A DNA stretch of 64,000 bases, taken from the NCBI GenBank assembly GCA_900319235.1, contig ONNR01000008.1, forward strand, positions 37,902-101,901, given 5' to 3'. This document shows positions 10,687 to 20,093 of the stretch, piece by piece (position 1 is the stretch's first letter; each line of letters begins with the position of its first letter). The notes beneath the pieces were generated by a model, which worked only from the letters and a program-made list of their open reading frames with translations, made no database searches and had not been told where the DNA came from. The DNA comes from an uncultured Prevotellaceae bacterium (GTDB taxonomy: Bacteria > Bacteroidota > Bacteroidia > Bacteroidales > UBA3663). Both the position numbers and the translations under genes were made by a program.

Positions 10687-11457
10687 CTAACTTCTCCTCA
10701 TTTCGCTTAGGCAGATGGCGGTGGCAACGCTGACGTTGAGCGACTCGACATGCTGCCCATCTGACGAGAAGTGGGGGATTAGAAGTTTGTCGGTGACCAA
10801 TGCGGCCACTTCGGGCGAAACACCCCGTCCCTCATTGCCCATAACAAGCACGGCATGCTTCTGCAGTCGGGTGGCATAGATGTTGTCGCCTTCAAGGAAT
10901 GTGCCATAGATGGGACATTGTCGGTTTTGGAGCCATGCGCATTCCTCCTCTTTTGAGGCAAAATAATGTACGCGAACGCGAGCCAAAGCACTCATTGTGG
11001 CCTGTACGACCTTCGGATTGAAACAGTCTGCGGAGCCTGGTGCGCAGAAGATGTCCCTCACGCCAAACCAGTCGGCAGTGCGGATGATGGTGCCCAGGTT
11101 GCCCGGATCCTGCACTTCGTCGAGAAGAATGCTCAAGTCATCGTTGGCATCGGCTGCATTGTTTTTGCGTGTCTCATCGAAGACCGCAAGCACGTCCTGT
11201 GGTGCCTGCTGCAGCGACACTCGCTGCATCTCTGTAGGGGTAACCTGATAGCATTCGGCAGCAATATGGGCAAACTCGGGATGAGCCTCCCACCAATCGC
11301 TGGTGGCAACCAGACGACGACAGGCAAAGGCATCGGAAACCAGCAGATCGCCCACCATTCGGTTCCCTTCTGCCAGCCATGCGTGCTGCTCCTTGCGGCC
11401 CTTTCGTTGCTCTAGGGCTCGTATTTCCTTGATTGTGTTTTTTGTCAGAATCTGCAT
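10687..11457 (-). CDS. TrmH/SpoU-family RNA 2'-O-methyltransferase
   Basis: SpoU_sub_bind-like N-terminus and SpoU methylase motifs (DPGNLGTIIRTA, VLVMGNEGRGV, IPHF..ESLNVSVA). Start moved to ATG 11457, downstream of a -7 box. Confidence 0.8.
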   Translation of the reverse strand: MQILTKNTIKEIRALEQRKGRKEQHAWLAEGNRMVGDLLVSDAFACRRLVATSDWWEAHPEFAHIAAECYQVTPTEMQRVSLQQAPQDVLAVFDETRKNNAADANDDLSILLDEVQDPGNLGTIIRTADWFGVRDIFCAPGSADCFNPKVVQATMSALARVRVHYFASKEEECAWLQNRQCPIYGTFLEGDNIYATRLQKHAVLVMGNEGRGVSPEVAALVTDKLLIPHFSSDGQHVESLNVSVATAICLSEMRRS

Positions 11458-11477
11458 CAAAGTGTATTTTATCGCTG

Positions 11478-11485
11478 CAAAATTA
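11478..11485 (-). promoter_or_regulatory. -7 box TAATTTTG
   Basis: TAnnTTTG on the minus strand, 21 nt upstream of start 11457. Confidence 0.55.
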
Positions 11486-11570
11486 AGGTAAAAACAGAAA
11501 AAAAACAAGTATTTTAGTGCCAACTTGCATTTTTTCTTGGTAAAAAGGTCCACAATTCACAAATATTTTG

Positions 11571-11578
11571 TAAATTTG
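11571..11578 (+). promoter_or_regulatory. -7 box TAAATTTG
   Basis: TAnnTTTG 19 nt upstream of the udk ATG at 11597. Confidence 0.55.
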
Positions 11579-11596
11579 CCCCAAAAATATAATAAT

Positions 11597-12208
11597 ATGA
11601 TCATTGGTATAGCAGGCGGCACAGGATCGGGAAAGACGACTGTGGTCCGCAAGATTATCGAGAGTCTACCAGAAGGCAGTGTTGCAGTAGTTTCGCAGGA
11701 CAGTTATTACAAGGACAGTTCGCATCTTCCATGGGAACAGCGTCGAGCTCAGAACTTCGACGAGCCCCGCGCATTCGACTGGGAACTGCTCTACAAGCAC
11801 CTCGCCCTCTTGCGTGAGGGCCGAGCTATCGACGAGCCTGTATATGATTACACAACCTGTTCGCGTCTCTCCAAGACCGTGCGCATCGAGCCTCGTCCGG
11901 TCATCATCCTCGAAGGCATCATGGCCCTGGTCGATCCTTCGATTCGTGCCATCCTCGACATGAAGGTCTTTGTCGATGCCGACAGTGATGAGCGACTGAT
12001 ACGCGTTCTGCGCCGCGATGTGGTGGAGCGTGGGCGTACCATCGAGGACCTCATCAACCGTTATCAGACCATCATCAAACCCATGCACAACCTCCACATT
12101 GAACCCACCAAAGCTTATGCTGACCTGATTGTTCCGCAGGGCGGATCCAATTCGGTGGCCATCAATGTGCTGAAGGAATTCATTCAGCATCTCCTAATCA
12201 AGAAATAG
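11597..12208 (+). CDS. udk: uridine kinase
   Basis: P-loop IGIAGGTGSGKTT, then SQDSYYKD and DHP-type uridine kinase motifs. About 203 aa. Confidence 0.9.
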   Translation: MIIGIAGGTGSGKTTVVRKIIESLPEGSVAVVSQDSYYKDSSHLPWEQRRAQNFDEPRAFDWELLYKHLALLREGRAIDEPVYDYTTCSRLSKTVRIEPRPVIILEGIMALVDPSIRAILDMKVFVDADSDERLIRVLRRDVVERGRTIEDLINRYQTIIKPMHNLHIEPTKAYADLIVPQGGSNSVAINVLKEFIQHLLIKK

Positions 12209-12211
12209 GCT

Positions 12212-13729
12212 GTGGCTAAACAACCTGGCAAAATCTCGAACAAACCAACCTCAGTAAAGGTTTACGATCGCTTGCGCACGCTGCTTGCGATTGGTCTTTT
12301 TGTGCTTGTAGGTTTCCTGTGGTTCAAGGTGAACAAGAAGGTTGAAGTCATTGAAATCGAACGTGCTCCCAAATCGCGTACCTGGTCTGAAATCGTAGCT
12401 TCCGACACGCTGAATGTTGTCACCTTGCCTACCAGTTTTACCGCTTTCCAATATCGTGGCCGATGGTACGGCAATGAGTATGAGAACGCGAAAACGGTGG
12501 CTGAAGCCTTGGGGCTGAAGCTGAATATCATACTCGTGAAAAGCGAAGGCGCAATTGCCGATAGTCTTTTCTATGGGGCTGCCGATGTGGCTATCTGGCC
12601 GATGGCGTATAGTGTGGTCGAAGGCTATTGGTATCTCCGTCCGACAGGTCCCCGTTGGGCCGACGGGCAGTGTATCGCTTCGGCTCGCAAACTGAATATC
12701 GATGCATATAAGGATACGCTCTTGACCGACAGTGCTATTGCCGAACTACCAAAGTACAAGTTGTCGCTCATCAAGGATTCCCACCAGTGGAATGTCTATA
12801 ATGACCGAAATATTCGCAAGCAGTTCGATTTCCGACCATACGTCATCGATACGATTCCCAGCGACAGCCTGAACACCGAGCTCTTGACCGACTCGATGAT
12901 TGTCGGCCTCACTGAGGCTGTGATGTTGCGATGCAATGTTGCCCGACTGATGCGCGACTATTACCCCACGCTTGTTGTGTCGGATACGCTTCCTGGCAGC
13001 ATCGATTCGCTGGCATGGATGTTAACAAATGTGTCGGATACGCTGAGATATAAGATCGACTCGGTTTCTACCGAACAGTTTGACAACCAGACCCCTCACT
13101 ACACCATCGTCGCCCGTCGCAAGAAACAGCCGAAGAACAAGCGTCCCTTGATCGTCAGCAGTTTCAAGATGAAGGATGGTGCCATCTCGCCCTATGACGA
13201 TATCTTCAAGCGTAAAGCCAAGGAATTTAACCTCGATTGGCGTATGCTGGCTGGCATTGCATTCATCGAGAGCCGTTTCAACCATGCCGTCGTTTCGCAT
13301 AAGGGTCCCATCGGTCTGATGCAGTTGATGCCGCAGACTGCACGTATCTTCGGCCATGAGCCTGAGGATGTGCTCGATCCGGATCTTAACATCGAATTGG
13401 CATGTCGACTCTACGTGCGTATTGCCGACCGTATACGCAATCGCGTGCCTGGCATTTCTGACGAAGATCTGATGTGCGTCTCGCTAGCAGGCTACAACGC
13501 TGGCATTGGCCACGTCTATGACGCTATTCGTTTGGCCGAGACACTGGGTTACAAGGCAAATGTTTGGCCTAACAATGTCGAACACTGCCTGCGCCTCAAG
13601 TCCGACCCGCAGTATTATCGTATGTCGGTAGTAAAGCAGGGCAAGTTCAACGGAGCTTTCACCATCAATTATGTCAATCAGGTAATGGCTGCCTATCACA
13701 CCTTCTGCCAGAAGGTTCCTAAAGACTAA
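12212..13729 (+). CDS. membrane-bound lytic transglycosylase (MltF-like: SBP_bac_3-like domain plus SLT domain)
   Basis: SLT catalytic region GIAFIESRFNHAVVSHKGPIGLMQLMPQTA and AGYNAG. N-terminal TM anchor. Confidence 0.8.
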   Translation: MAKQPGKISNKPTSVKVYDRLRTLLAIGLFVLVGFLWFKVNKKVEVIEIERAPKSRTWSEIVASDTLNVVTLPTSFTAFQYRGRWYGNEYENAKTVAEALGLKLNIILVKSEGAIADSLFYGAADVAIWPMAYSVVEGYWYLRPTGPRWADGQCIASARKLNIDAYKDTLLTDSAIAELPKYKLSLIKDSHQWNVYNDRNIRKQFDFRPYVIDTIPSDSLNTELLTDSMIVGLTEAVMLRCNVARLMRDYYPTLVVSDTLPGSIDSLAWMLTNVSDTLRYKIDSVSTEQFDNQTPHYTIVARRKKQPKNKRPLIVSSFKMKDGAISPYDDIFKRKAKEFNLDWRMLAGIAFIESRFNHAVVSHKGPIGLMQLMPQTARIFGHEPEDVLDPDLNIELACRLYVRIADRIRNRVPGISDEDLMCVSLAGYNAGIGHVYDAIRLAETLGYKANVWPNNVEHCLRLKSDPQYYRMSVVKQGKFNGAFTINYVNQVMAAYHTFCQKVPKD

Positions 13730-13738
13730 CGGTTCAGT

Positions 13739-14758
13739 ATGAGAAGACTACAGAAAATCATCCAGGTCCTTTTGCCTCTGGCCTTCGGTATCGGAATCGT
13801 CTGGTTCATCCTCAAGAAGGTCGATATGCAACTGCTGTTCGACACGATTAAAAGCGGTATCAATTGGACCTGGGTCATCATATCCTGGTTTTTTGCATTA
13901 CTCGCCAACGTGGTTCGCGGCATTCGTTGGCGCCAGCAGTTGCGTACTGTTGGCGTCGATCCGTCGCTTCATATGATGAGCATCTCGTTCTTCGGCAACT
14001 ATGGTATGAACCTGGTCTTCCCTCGTCTGGGAGAGTTCTGGCGTTGCAATTACATCGCCCAGAACAACCGCAAGCCTTTTTCAACCATTGCCGGTACGAT
14101 ACTCTCCGAACGTCTCACCGACATCCTGTGCAGTGCTTCGATCATTCTCCTTTGCCTTGTCCTTGAGGGCAAGGTGCTGCTCAGGTTCTTTTTCGACGAT
14201 GACAGTAAGGCCGAAGCCATCGCTGCTGCTGGCGGTGAGATTAGGGCCGAATCCACGTTGGTTGTTCCTGGCTGGCTGTGGGTATTGGTAATTTTGGTGA
14301 TATTGCTCCTTCTCTTCTGGATTTTCCGTCCGAAACTCAAGCGGATGAGTTTCTATCAGTCGTTTGTCAGCGTAGGCCAGAATATGTGGAAAGGCTTCCT
14401 TTCACTGAAGGACCTGCCTAATATATGGAGCTACATCGGTTGGTCCGTGCTTATCTGGTTCTTCTATTTCTTGAACACGCTGACACAATTCTACTTCTTC
14501 GATTTCACCAGTCATCTCGGCCTTCTTGCCTGCCTATCTGTTTTTGTCATGGGCACGATGTCCCAATTGCTGCCCATCCAGGGCGGACTGGGAGCATGGC
14601 AGGCAATGGTGATTTTCGCACTGCTCCAATATGGAATCGACAATCAACACGCGATAATATTTGCCGTTGTGGCATGGATAATCGAACAGGCGTTTGTTCT
14701 CCTGATGGGTCTCTATGCTTTCATCGCTGTAGCACTTAAAAAGAACAATACCAAATGA
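13739..14758 (+). CDS. flippase-like / lysylphosphatidylglycerol-synthase transmembrane-region family protein
   Basis: Polytopic membrane protein. The N-terminal pattern (..VRGIRWRQQL..) is typical of the LPG_synthase_TM/UPF0104 family. Confidence 0.65.
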   Translation: MRRLQKIIQVLLPLAFGIGIVWFILKKVDMQLLFDTIKSGINWTWVIISWFFALLANVVRGIRWRQQLRTVGVDPSLHMMSISFFGNYGMNLVFPRLGEFWRCNYIAQNNRKPFSTIAGTILSERLTDILCSASIILLCLVLEGKVLLRFFFDDDSKAEAIAAAGGEIRAESTLVVPGWLWVLVILVILLLLFWIFRPKLKRMSFYQSFVSVGQNMWKGFLSLKDLPNIWSYIGWSVLIWFFYFLNTLTQFYFFDFTSHLGLLACLSVFVMGTMSQLLPIQGGLGAWQAMVIFALLQYGIDNQHAIIFAVVAWIIEQAFVLLMGLYAFIAVALKKNNTK

Positions 14759-16185
14759 ACCGAATTATTGACCTTGAACCGAAAGCCTTATGGACACAGT
14801 TTGCCAGCATCGCTCAGTTGCCACATCCCAGCGGTTGCCTTGACGAATTGCGCAATTACATCTTGAAAACCGCCCGTCAGCACGCCTTTGAGACGCTTGT
14901 TGACGAAGCTGGTAATATTCTGGTGCGTACAGGCGAAGCACCCGTCCTTTGCCTGCAGGCCCATTATGACATGGTTCCTCAAAAGGACGAGCATGTCACC
15001 TTCGACTTCACCAAAGACTCTCTGCAGCTTCGCATCGAAGGAGATGAAGTGAAGGCTACAGGCACGACGCTCGGTGCTGACAATGGCATCGGAGTCGCCG
15101 CTATGCTCGCCTTGATCGATTCCTCTGAATATACGGATATCTTGAAACACACCCCCTTGGAATTCCTCTTTACGGCCAATGAAGAGACGGGTATGCAGGG
15201 AGCTCGCAAACTGAGTGCCGATTGGCTTAGGTCGCGACAGCTTATTAACCTCGATAGTGAGGAAGAAGGTGTGCTGATGACGGGCTGTGCAGGTGCGGTC
15301 AATATGACAGCCTCGCTGAAATACAAGATGGATACTGCCATCCCACAAGGCGATGCTGCGGTTCTGCTTAGCCTTACAGGTCTACAAGGCGGACATAGCG
15401 GTATGGATATTCATCTCGGTCGTGCCAATGCCTGCAAGCTTATGAATCGTTTTCTCAAGCATGTGGTCGTCAGTTTCGAGGCACGTCTGGGAAGTTTCAA
15501 CAGCGGCACGCTGCGCAATGCCATCCCTCGTGAGGCACAAGCCATCATCACTGTGCCTGAGGAAATAGTCGATGAGGTGATCGACGAAGTGCGTTACTAT
15601 AACGACCTTTTCCGTGAGGAATATCGGCAGAGTGAACCTTATCTAAGTTTTACGGCACAGGCTGTACAGATGCCAGGAGCACTCATCCCTGAAGAAATAC
15701 AGGACGACCTGCTCAATGCCATTGAAGCCTGTCACAATGGAGTGTGGACGATGGGAGAGGGGTATGTCGATACCAGCTCCAATATGGCTCATGTGCAGAC
15801 CAATGCTGAAGGTGAAGCCGAAGTGCTCCTGATGGTTCGCAGTATGAACGAGGAACGCAAACGTGCATGTGCAAGTGCTATCCAGTCAGCTTTCCTGTTA
15901 GGAGGCTTTCGCGTGGATTTTGCCGCAAGTTATGGAGCTTGGGACATCGAGAAGGATGCTCCGATGGTTCAGAAGGCACTCCATGCCAATCCGAATCTCA
16001 AGCTCGACAAGGTGCATTGCGGCCTTGAATGTGGCGTGATTACCGAGAATTATCCCGATATGCAGATTATTTCAGTGGGGCCGACCATCCATCACCCGCA
16101 TTCGCCTCAGGAAAGCGTCGAAATCCCGAGTGTCAGGAAGTTCTGGGACTTCCTCCTCAGCTTCCTCTCCTTAACCAATTGTTAA
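14755..16185 (+). CDS. pepD: aminoacyl-histidine dipeptidase (peptidase M20C)
   Basis: HYDMV, GADNGIG and NEETGMQGA metal-ligand motifs of the PepD/M20 family. 476 aa. Confidence 0.9.
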   Translation: MNRIIDLEPKALWTQFASIAQLPHPSGCLDELRNYILKTARQHAFETLVDEAGNILVRTGEAPVLCLQAHYDMVPQKDEHVTFDFTKDSLQLRIEGDEVKATGTTLGADNGIGVAAMLALIDSSEYTDILKHTPLEFLFTANEETGMQGARKLSADWLRSRQLINLDSEEEGVLMTGCAGAVNMTASLKYKMDTAIPQGDAAVLLSLTGLQGGHSGMDIHLGRANACKLMNRFLKHVVVSFEARLGSFNSGTLRNAIPREAQAIITVPEEIVDEVIDEVRYYNDLFREEYRQSEPYLSFTAQAVQMPGALIPEEIQDDLLNAIEACHNGVWTMGEGYVDTSSNMAHVQTNAEGEAEVLLMVRSMNEERKRACASAIQSAFLLGGFRVDFAASYGAWDIEKDAPMVQKALHANPNLKLDKVHCGLECGVITENYPDMQIISVGPTIHHPHSPQESVEIPSVRKFWDFLLSFLSLTNC

Positions 16186-16213
16186 TTTTTAATTGTTATT
16201 TGTTAATTGATTA
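16176..16213. repeat. TTGTTAATT word stutter (3-4 copies) embedding the pepD stop codon
   Basis: caattgttaatttttaattgttatttgttaattgatta. The pepD TGT-TAA is part of the first word. Confidence 0.7.
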
Positions 16214-16216
16214 TAG

Positions 16217-17005
16217 GTGGCAACAAAGAATAAATTAGCCAAGTTCGCCGATATGGCCAGTTATCCCAACTGTCTTCAATATTCTTTCGAGCAGTTGCAG
16301 GCTACTGGATTCCCGCTGAAGGGACGTTGGCATGAAGATTACTTCCACAACGAGCATCCCATTGTGCTTGAACTGGGTTGCGGTAAGGGCGAATACACCG
16401 TTGGTCTTGCTCGACGTTATCCTGAAAAGAACTTCATCGGCATCGACATCAAGGGCGCACGAATGTGGACAGGAGCTACGGCTGCATTGAAGGAACAACT
16501 TGCCAACGTAGCCTTTGTACGAACTCACATCGAACTCATCGAGCAATTCTTTGCACCCGACGAAGTGTCGGAGATTTGGATCACCTTCTGTGACCCCCAG
16601 ATGAAGAAGGTTTCGAAACGACTCACTTCCACGCGTTTCCTGAACCGTTATACCCACATTATGCGACCTGGTGGATTGGTCCACTTGAAGTGCGACTCGA
16701 ATTTCCTCTTCACCTATACCGAGGAGATGGCGAAGGTCAACCACCTTGAAGTACTGGCCTCAACGCGTGACCTCTATTCGCCCGAGGCAGCTCATGATGC
16801 CGATGCTCATATCGACTGGGATGCCCTTCGAACCATTCAGACTGCCTACGAGAAACAATGGCTTGCACGAGGCAAGGACATCAAGTATATGCTGATCCGT
16901 CTTTGGCCACGCGAAGAATGGGATGAACCCGATGTCGAGATCCCGCTCGACGATTATCGATCCTACAACCGCGACAAGCGCAGTTCGCTCGAGCAGCATT
17001 GTTAA
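16217..17005 (+). CDS. trmB: tRNA (guanine46-N7)-methyltransferase
   Basis: SAM-binding VLELGCGKGEYT, plus the IGIDIKG and FCDPQ motifs of TrmB. Confidence 0.9.
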   Translation: MATKNKLAKFADMASYPNCLQYSFEQLQATGFPLKGRWHEDYFHNEHPIVLELGCGKGEYTVGLARRYPEKNFIGIDIKGARMWTGATAALKEQLANVAFVRTHIELIEQFFAPDEVSEIWITFCDPQMKKVSKRLTSTRFLNRYTHIMRPGGLVHLKCDSNFLFTYTEEMAKVNHLEVLASTRDLYSPEAAHDADAHIDWDALRTIQTAYEKQWLARGKDIKYMLIRLWPREEWDEPDVEIPLDDYRSYNRDKRSSLEQHC

Positions 17006-17026
17006 TTGTTAATTATTAATTTTTAG
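16997..17026. repeat. TTGTTAATT word stutter embedding the trmB stop codon
   Basis: cattgttaattgttaattattaatttttag. The trmB TGT-TAA is part of the first word. Same word as at 16176. Confidence 0.7.
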
Positions 17027-17035
17027 TTGCTATTC

Positions 17036-18148
17036 ATGGCCCTATATCCAAAACTCATCCTTGATGCCCTGGCACAGGTCATCTATCCCGGCACCAAAAA
17101 GAACCTCGTCGAGAGCGAGATGGTAGCCGATGACATGCGTATCGAAGGAAAGCACGTTTCCTTCAGTCTCATCTTCGACAAACAAACCGACCCCTTTATG
17201 AAGTCGGTGCTTCGTGCTGCTGAAGCCAATATCCGACATGCCTGCCAGATGGTAGGTGAAGAGGTCGAACCCGAAATAAATGTAAAGACCAAGCAGGCCC
17301 CACGTCCTGCTCCCGAGAAGCAGTTGCCTAATGTCAAGAACATCATCGCCATCGCTTCTGGCAAAGGCGGAGTAGGCAAGAGCACCGTTTCTGCTAACCT
17401 TGCCGTCGGTCTTTCGATGCTCGGCTACAAGGTAGGTCTGCTCGATGCCGATATCTTCGGCCCATCCATCCCCAAGATGTTCGGCCTCGAGGATTTCCAG
17501 GCCTATGCCATCAATAAGGATGGTCGCGACTTGCTTGTTCCTGCCGAGAAATATGGCGTGAAGATTCTTTCAGTAGGATTCTTCATCGATCCCAATTCTG
17601 CCACCATCTGGCGTGGCTCGATGGCAGGTTCGGCCATCAAGCAGTTCATTGGCGATGCCGACTGGGGCGAATTGGACTATTTCCTCATCGACCTTCCCCC
17701 TGGAACCAGCGACATCCATCTCACCATCGTTCAGACACTTGGCCTCACGGGCGCTGTCGTTGTCAGCACACCACAGGAAGTGGCTTTGGCCGACTGTCGC
17801 AAGGGCATCGATATGTTCCAGAACGAAAAGATCAATGTCCCTGTGCTTGGACTCGTGGAAAATATGGCATGGTTTACACCAGCTGAACTTCCTCAAAACA
17901 AATACTACCTCTTTGGCAAAGAGGGTGTAAAGCGACTGAGCGATGAGACCGGACTACCTCTGCTCGCACAGATTCCCATCGTGCAGAGCATCTGTGAGAA
18001 TGGCGATGGAGGCACGCCTATCGTCCTCAACCATAACTCGATGGTAGGTCAGTCGTTCCTTAGCCTTGCACAATCAGTAGTAACCCAGACGAACATACGC
18101 AATGCTAATCAACCCCGCACACAACGCGTTCGCGTCAACACCGATTAA
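17036..18148 (+). CDS. mrp: Mrp/NBP35-family iron-sulfur cluster carrier ATPase
   Basis: DUF59-like N-terminus, deviant Walker A ASGKGGVGKST and the CxxC-region pattern of ApbC/Mrp. Confidence 0.9.
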   Translation: MALYPKLILDALAQVIYPGTKKNLVESEMVADDMRIEGKHVSFSLIFDKQTDPFMKSVLRAAEANIRHACQMVGEEVEPEINVKTKQAPRPAPEKQLPNVKNIIAIASGKGGVGKSTVSANLAVGLSMLGYKVGLLDADIFGPSIPKMFGLEDFQAYAINKDGRDLLVPAEKYGVKILSVGFFIDPNSATIWRGSMAGSAIKQFIGDADWGELDYFLIDLPPGTSDIHLTIVQTLGLTGAVVVSTPQEVALADCRKGIDMFQNEKINVPVLGLVENMAWFTPAELPQNKYYLFGKEGVKRLSDETGLPLLAQIPIVQSICENGDGGTPIVLNHNSMVGQSFLSLAQSVVTQTNIRNANQPRTQRVRVNTD

Positions 18149-19184
18149 ACCCGAGCTACCGCATGTATTGATCATTTATACCGGTGGTACCATCGGCATG
18201 GTTCAGAACCCCCATACGGGGGCTCATGAGCCAATTGACTTCAGCCATCTGCTGAGTCATGTCCCTGAGTTGCAAAGTGTCTCGGTTAACTTCAATACCA
18301 TTCAGTTTAACCCGCCTTTGGATTCAGCCAATATGAATCCGACCCTTTGGGCCAACATGGTACACGTCATTGTCGACAACTACGACAAGTACGATGGTTT
18401 CGTTGTACTCCATGGCACCGACACGATGGCTTATACGGCCTCTGCGCTCAGTTATATGCTTCAGAACCTCGCCAAGCCCGTGATTCTGACAGGTTCGCAG
18501 TTGCCCATCGGCGTACTGCGTACCGATGGCAAGGAAAATCTGATTACCAGTATCGAGATAGCCGCAGCAAAGGACCGTATCGGTATGCCGATGGTACCCG
18601 AAGTCTGCATCTATTTCCAAGGTGCCTTGTTCCGCGGTAATCGAGCCAAAAAACTCAGCAGCGAAGAGTTCAAGGCATTCTCTTCGCCCAACTACCCTCC
18701 TTTGGCCCGTGTGGGCGTACACATCACCTGGGCACATCACCACATCAACCATATCTCGAACGAGGATCAAATCAAACCCTTCTATAAGATGGGTACCGAT
18801 GTAGTGGTGCTGCGTCTTTTCCCCGGTATCACCCAACAGACCATCGAGGCCGTACTCGGAATCCCATCGCTGAGAGGTGTCGTACTCGAAACGTATGGTG
18901 CGGGCAATGCCATGACCTACGACTGGTTCCTGAATGCACTCCACAATGCCGTCAAACGTGGCATCATCATTATGAATGTGTCGCAATGCCTCGGTGGTTC
19001 GGTCGAAATGGGTATCTACGAAACAGGCAACCAACTCAGCAAGGCAGGCGTCATTGGCGCTATGGATATGACCACCGAAGCCACTGTCGTCAAACTCATG
19101 TTCCTCTTGGGCCAGGGTTATAGCCAGTCGGAGATTGAAAAACTGATGCTTCAGAACATTTCGGGAGAAATCACCGTCCAGTAA
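18102..19184 (+). CDS. ansA: type I L-asparaginase
   Basis: IYTGGTIGM and HGTDTM catalytic motifs. The start is uncertain: ATG 18102 overlaps mrp by 47 nt, and a later TTG is possible. Confidence 0.85.
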   Translation: MLINPAHNAFASTPIKPELPHVLIIYTGGTIGMVQNPHTGAHEPIDFSHLLSHVPELQSVSVNFNTIQFNPPLDSANMNPTLWANMVHVIVDNYDKYDGFVVLHGTDTMAYTASALSYMLQNLAKPVILTGSQLPIGVLRTDGKENLITSIEIAAAKDRIGMPMVPEVCIYFQGALFRGNRAKKLSSEEFKAFSSPNYPPLARVGVHITWAHHHINHISNEDQIKPFYKMGTDVVVLRLFPGITQQTIEAVLGIPSLRGVVLETYGAGNAMTYDWFLNALHNAVKRGIIIMNVSQCLGGSVEMGIYETGNQLSKAGVIGAMDMTTEATVVKLMFLLGQGYSQSEIEKLMLQNISGEITVQ

Positions 19185-19249
19185 TACGTCGCCTCCTGCG
19201 TCTTAAAAGGAGGGAACCAACGCACATCTATTTATAACACACATAAGCT

Positions 19250-20092
19250 ATGCGAAAAATCATCGTTACCGTGGCACCCGTATGCCATGTGGGCAAACCT
19301 ATTCCCGAAGGATGCAAGAATCCGCTCACGCCCGAAGAGATCACCGAAGACGTGCTCAACTGCTATCGAGCTGGAGCATGTCAGGTGCATCTTCACACCC
19401 GTGACTTGAAAGGCAATCCTACTTTTGAACTTGATGTCTTCAGTCAAACCATTCATGCCATTCGCGAGCATTCGGATATGATCATCCAAGGTTCGACGGG
19501 AGGATTGTCAGATCTCTCGCTTGCCGATCGTTGTGTGAGCCTCAACGTTCCCGAGGTTGAGATAGCTTCGTTGAATATGGGTTCGGTTAACTTTGGCGAA
19601 ACTGTCTATATTAACACTATGCCCGACCTGCGCTATTGGGCAAAGCGTCAGCAAGAAGCCAACGTTGTACCCGAGATGGAATTGTTCGATCTCTCGCATG
19701 TCGAATGTTGTACAAGGTTGGCCGACGAAGGCGTCATCCGACGTCCCCTCCATTATAATTTCTGTGTAGGTCCCGGTGGTTCGAGCAATCTCTCGGCTAC
19801 AGGTCGCAACCTCGCCCTGCTTTGTGCCCTCACCGAACCAGGTACGTCGTGGGGCATCAATCACGACTCGATGAAGGACTTCTCGATTCTTGCCTGCGCT
19901 ATCGGCATGGGCGCAAATGCCGTGCGTGTCGGTTTCGAGGACAGCTTCTATTATGCTGAAGGCAAACTTGCTCGCACCAACGCCGAACTCGTTGAGCGCC
20001 TTGTCACTCTCATTCGTGCTATGGGCTGCGAACCTGCCACACCCGCCGAAGCCCGCGAGATGCTTGAAATTGGCACTTATTGGAATAAATAA
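19250..20092 (+). CDS. BKACE-family (DUF849, 3-keto-5-aminohexanoate cleavage enzyme-like) protein
   Basis: N-terminal KIIVTVAP....PLTPEEITEDVLNCYRAGACQVHLHTRD, as is typical of BKACE TIM-barrel enzymes. Confidence 0.8.
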   Translation: MRKIIVTVAPVCHVGKPIPEGCKNPLTPEEITEDVLNCYRAGACQVHLHTRDLKGNPTFELDVFSQTIHAIREHSDMIIQGSTGGLSDLSLADRCVSLNVPEVEIASLNMGSVNFGETVYINTMPDLRYWAKRQQEANVVPEMELFDLSHVECCTRLADEGVIRRPLHYNFCVGPGGSSNLSATGRNLALLCALTEPGTSWGINHDSMKDFSILACAIGMGANAVRVGFEDSFYYAEGKLARTNAELVERLVTLIRAMGCEPATPAEAREMLEIGTYWNK

Positions 20093-20093
20093 A

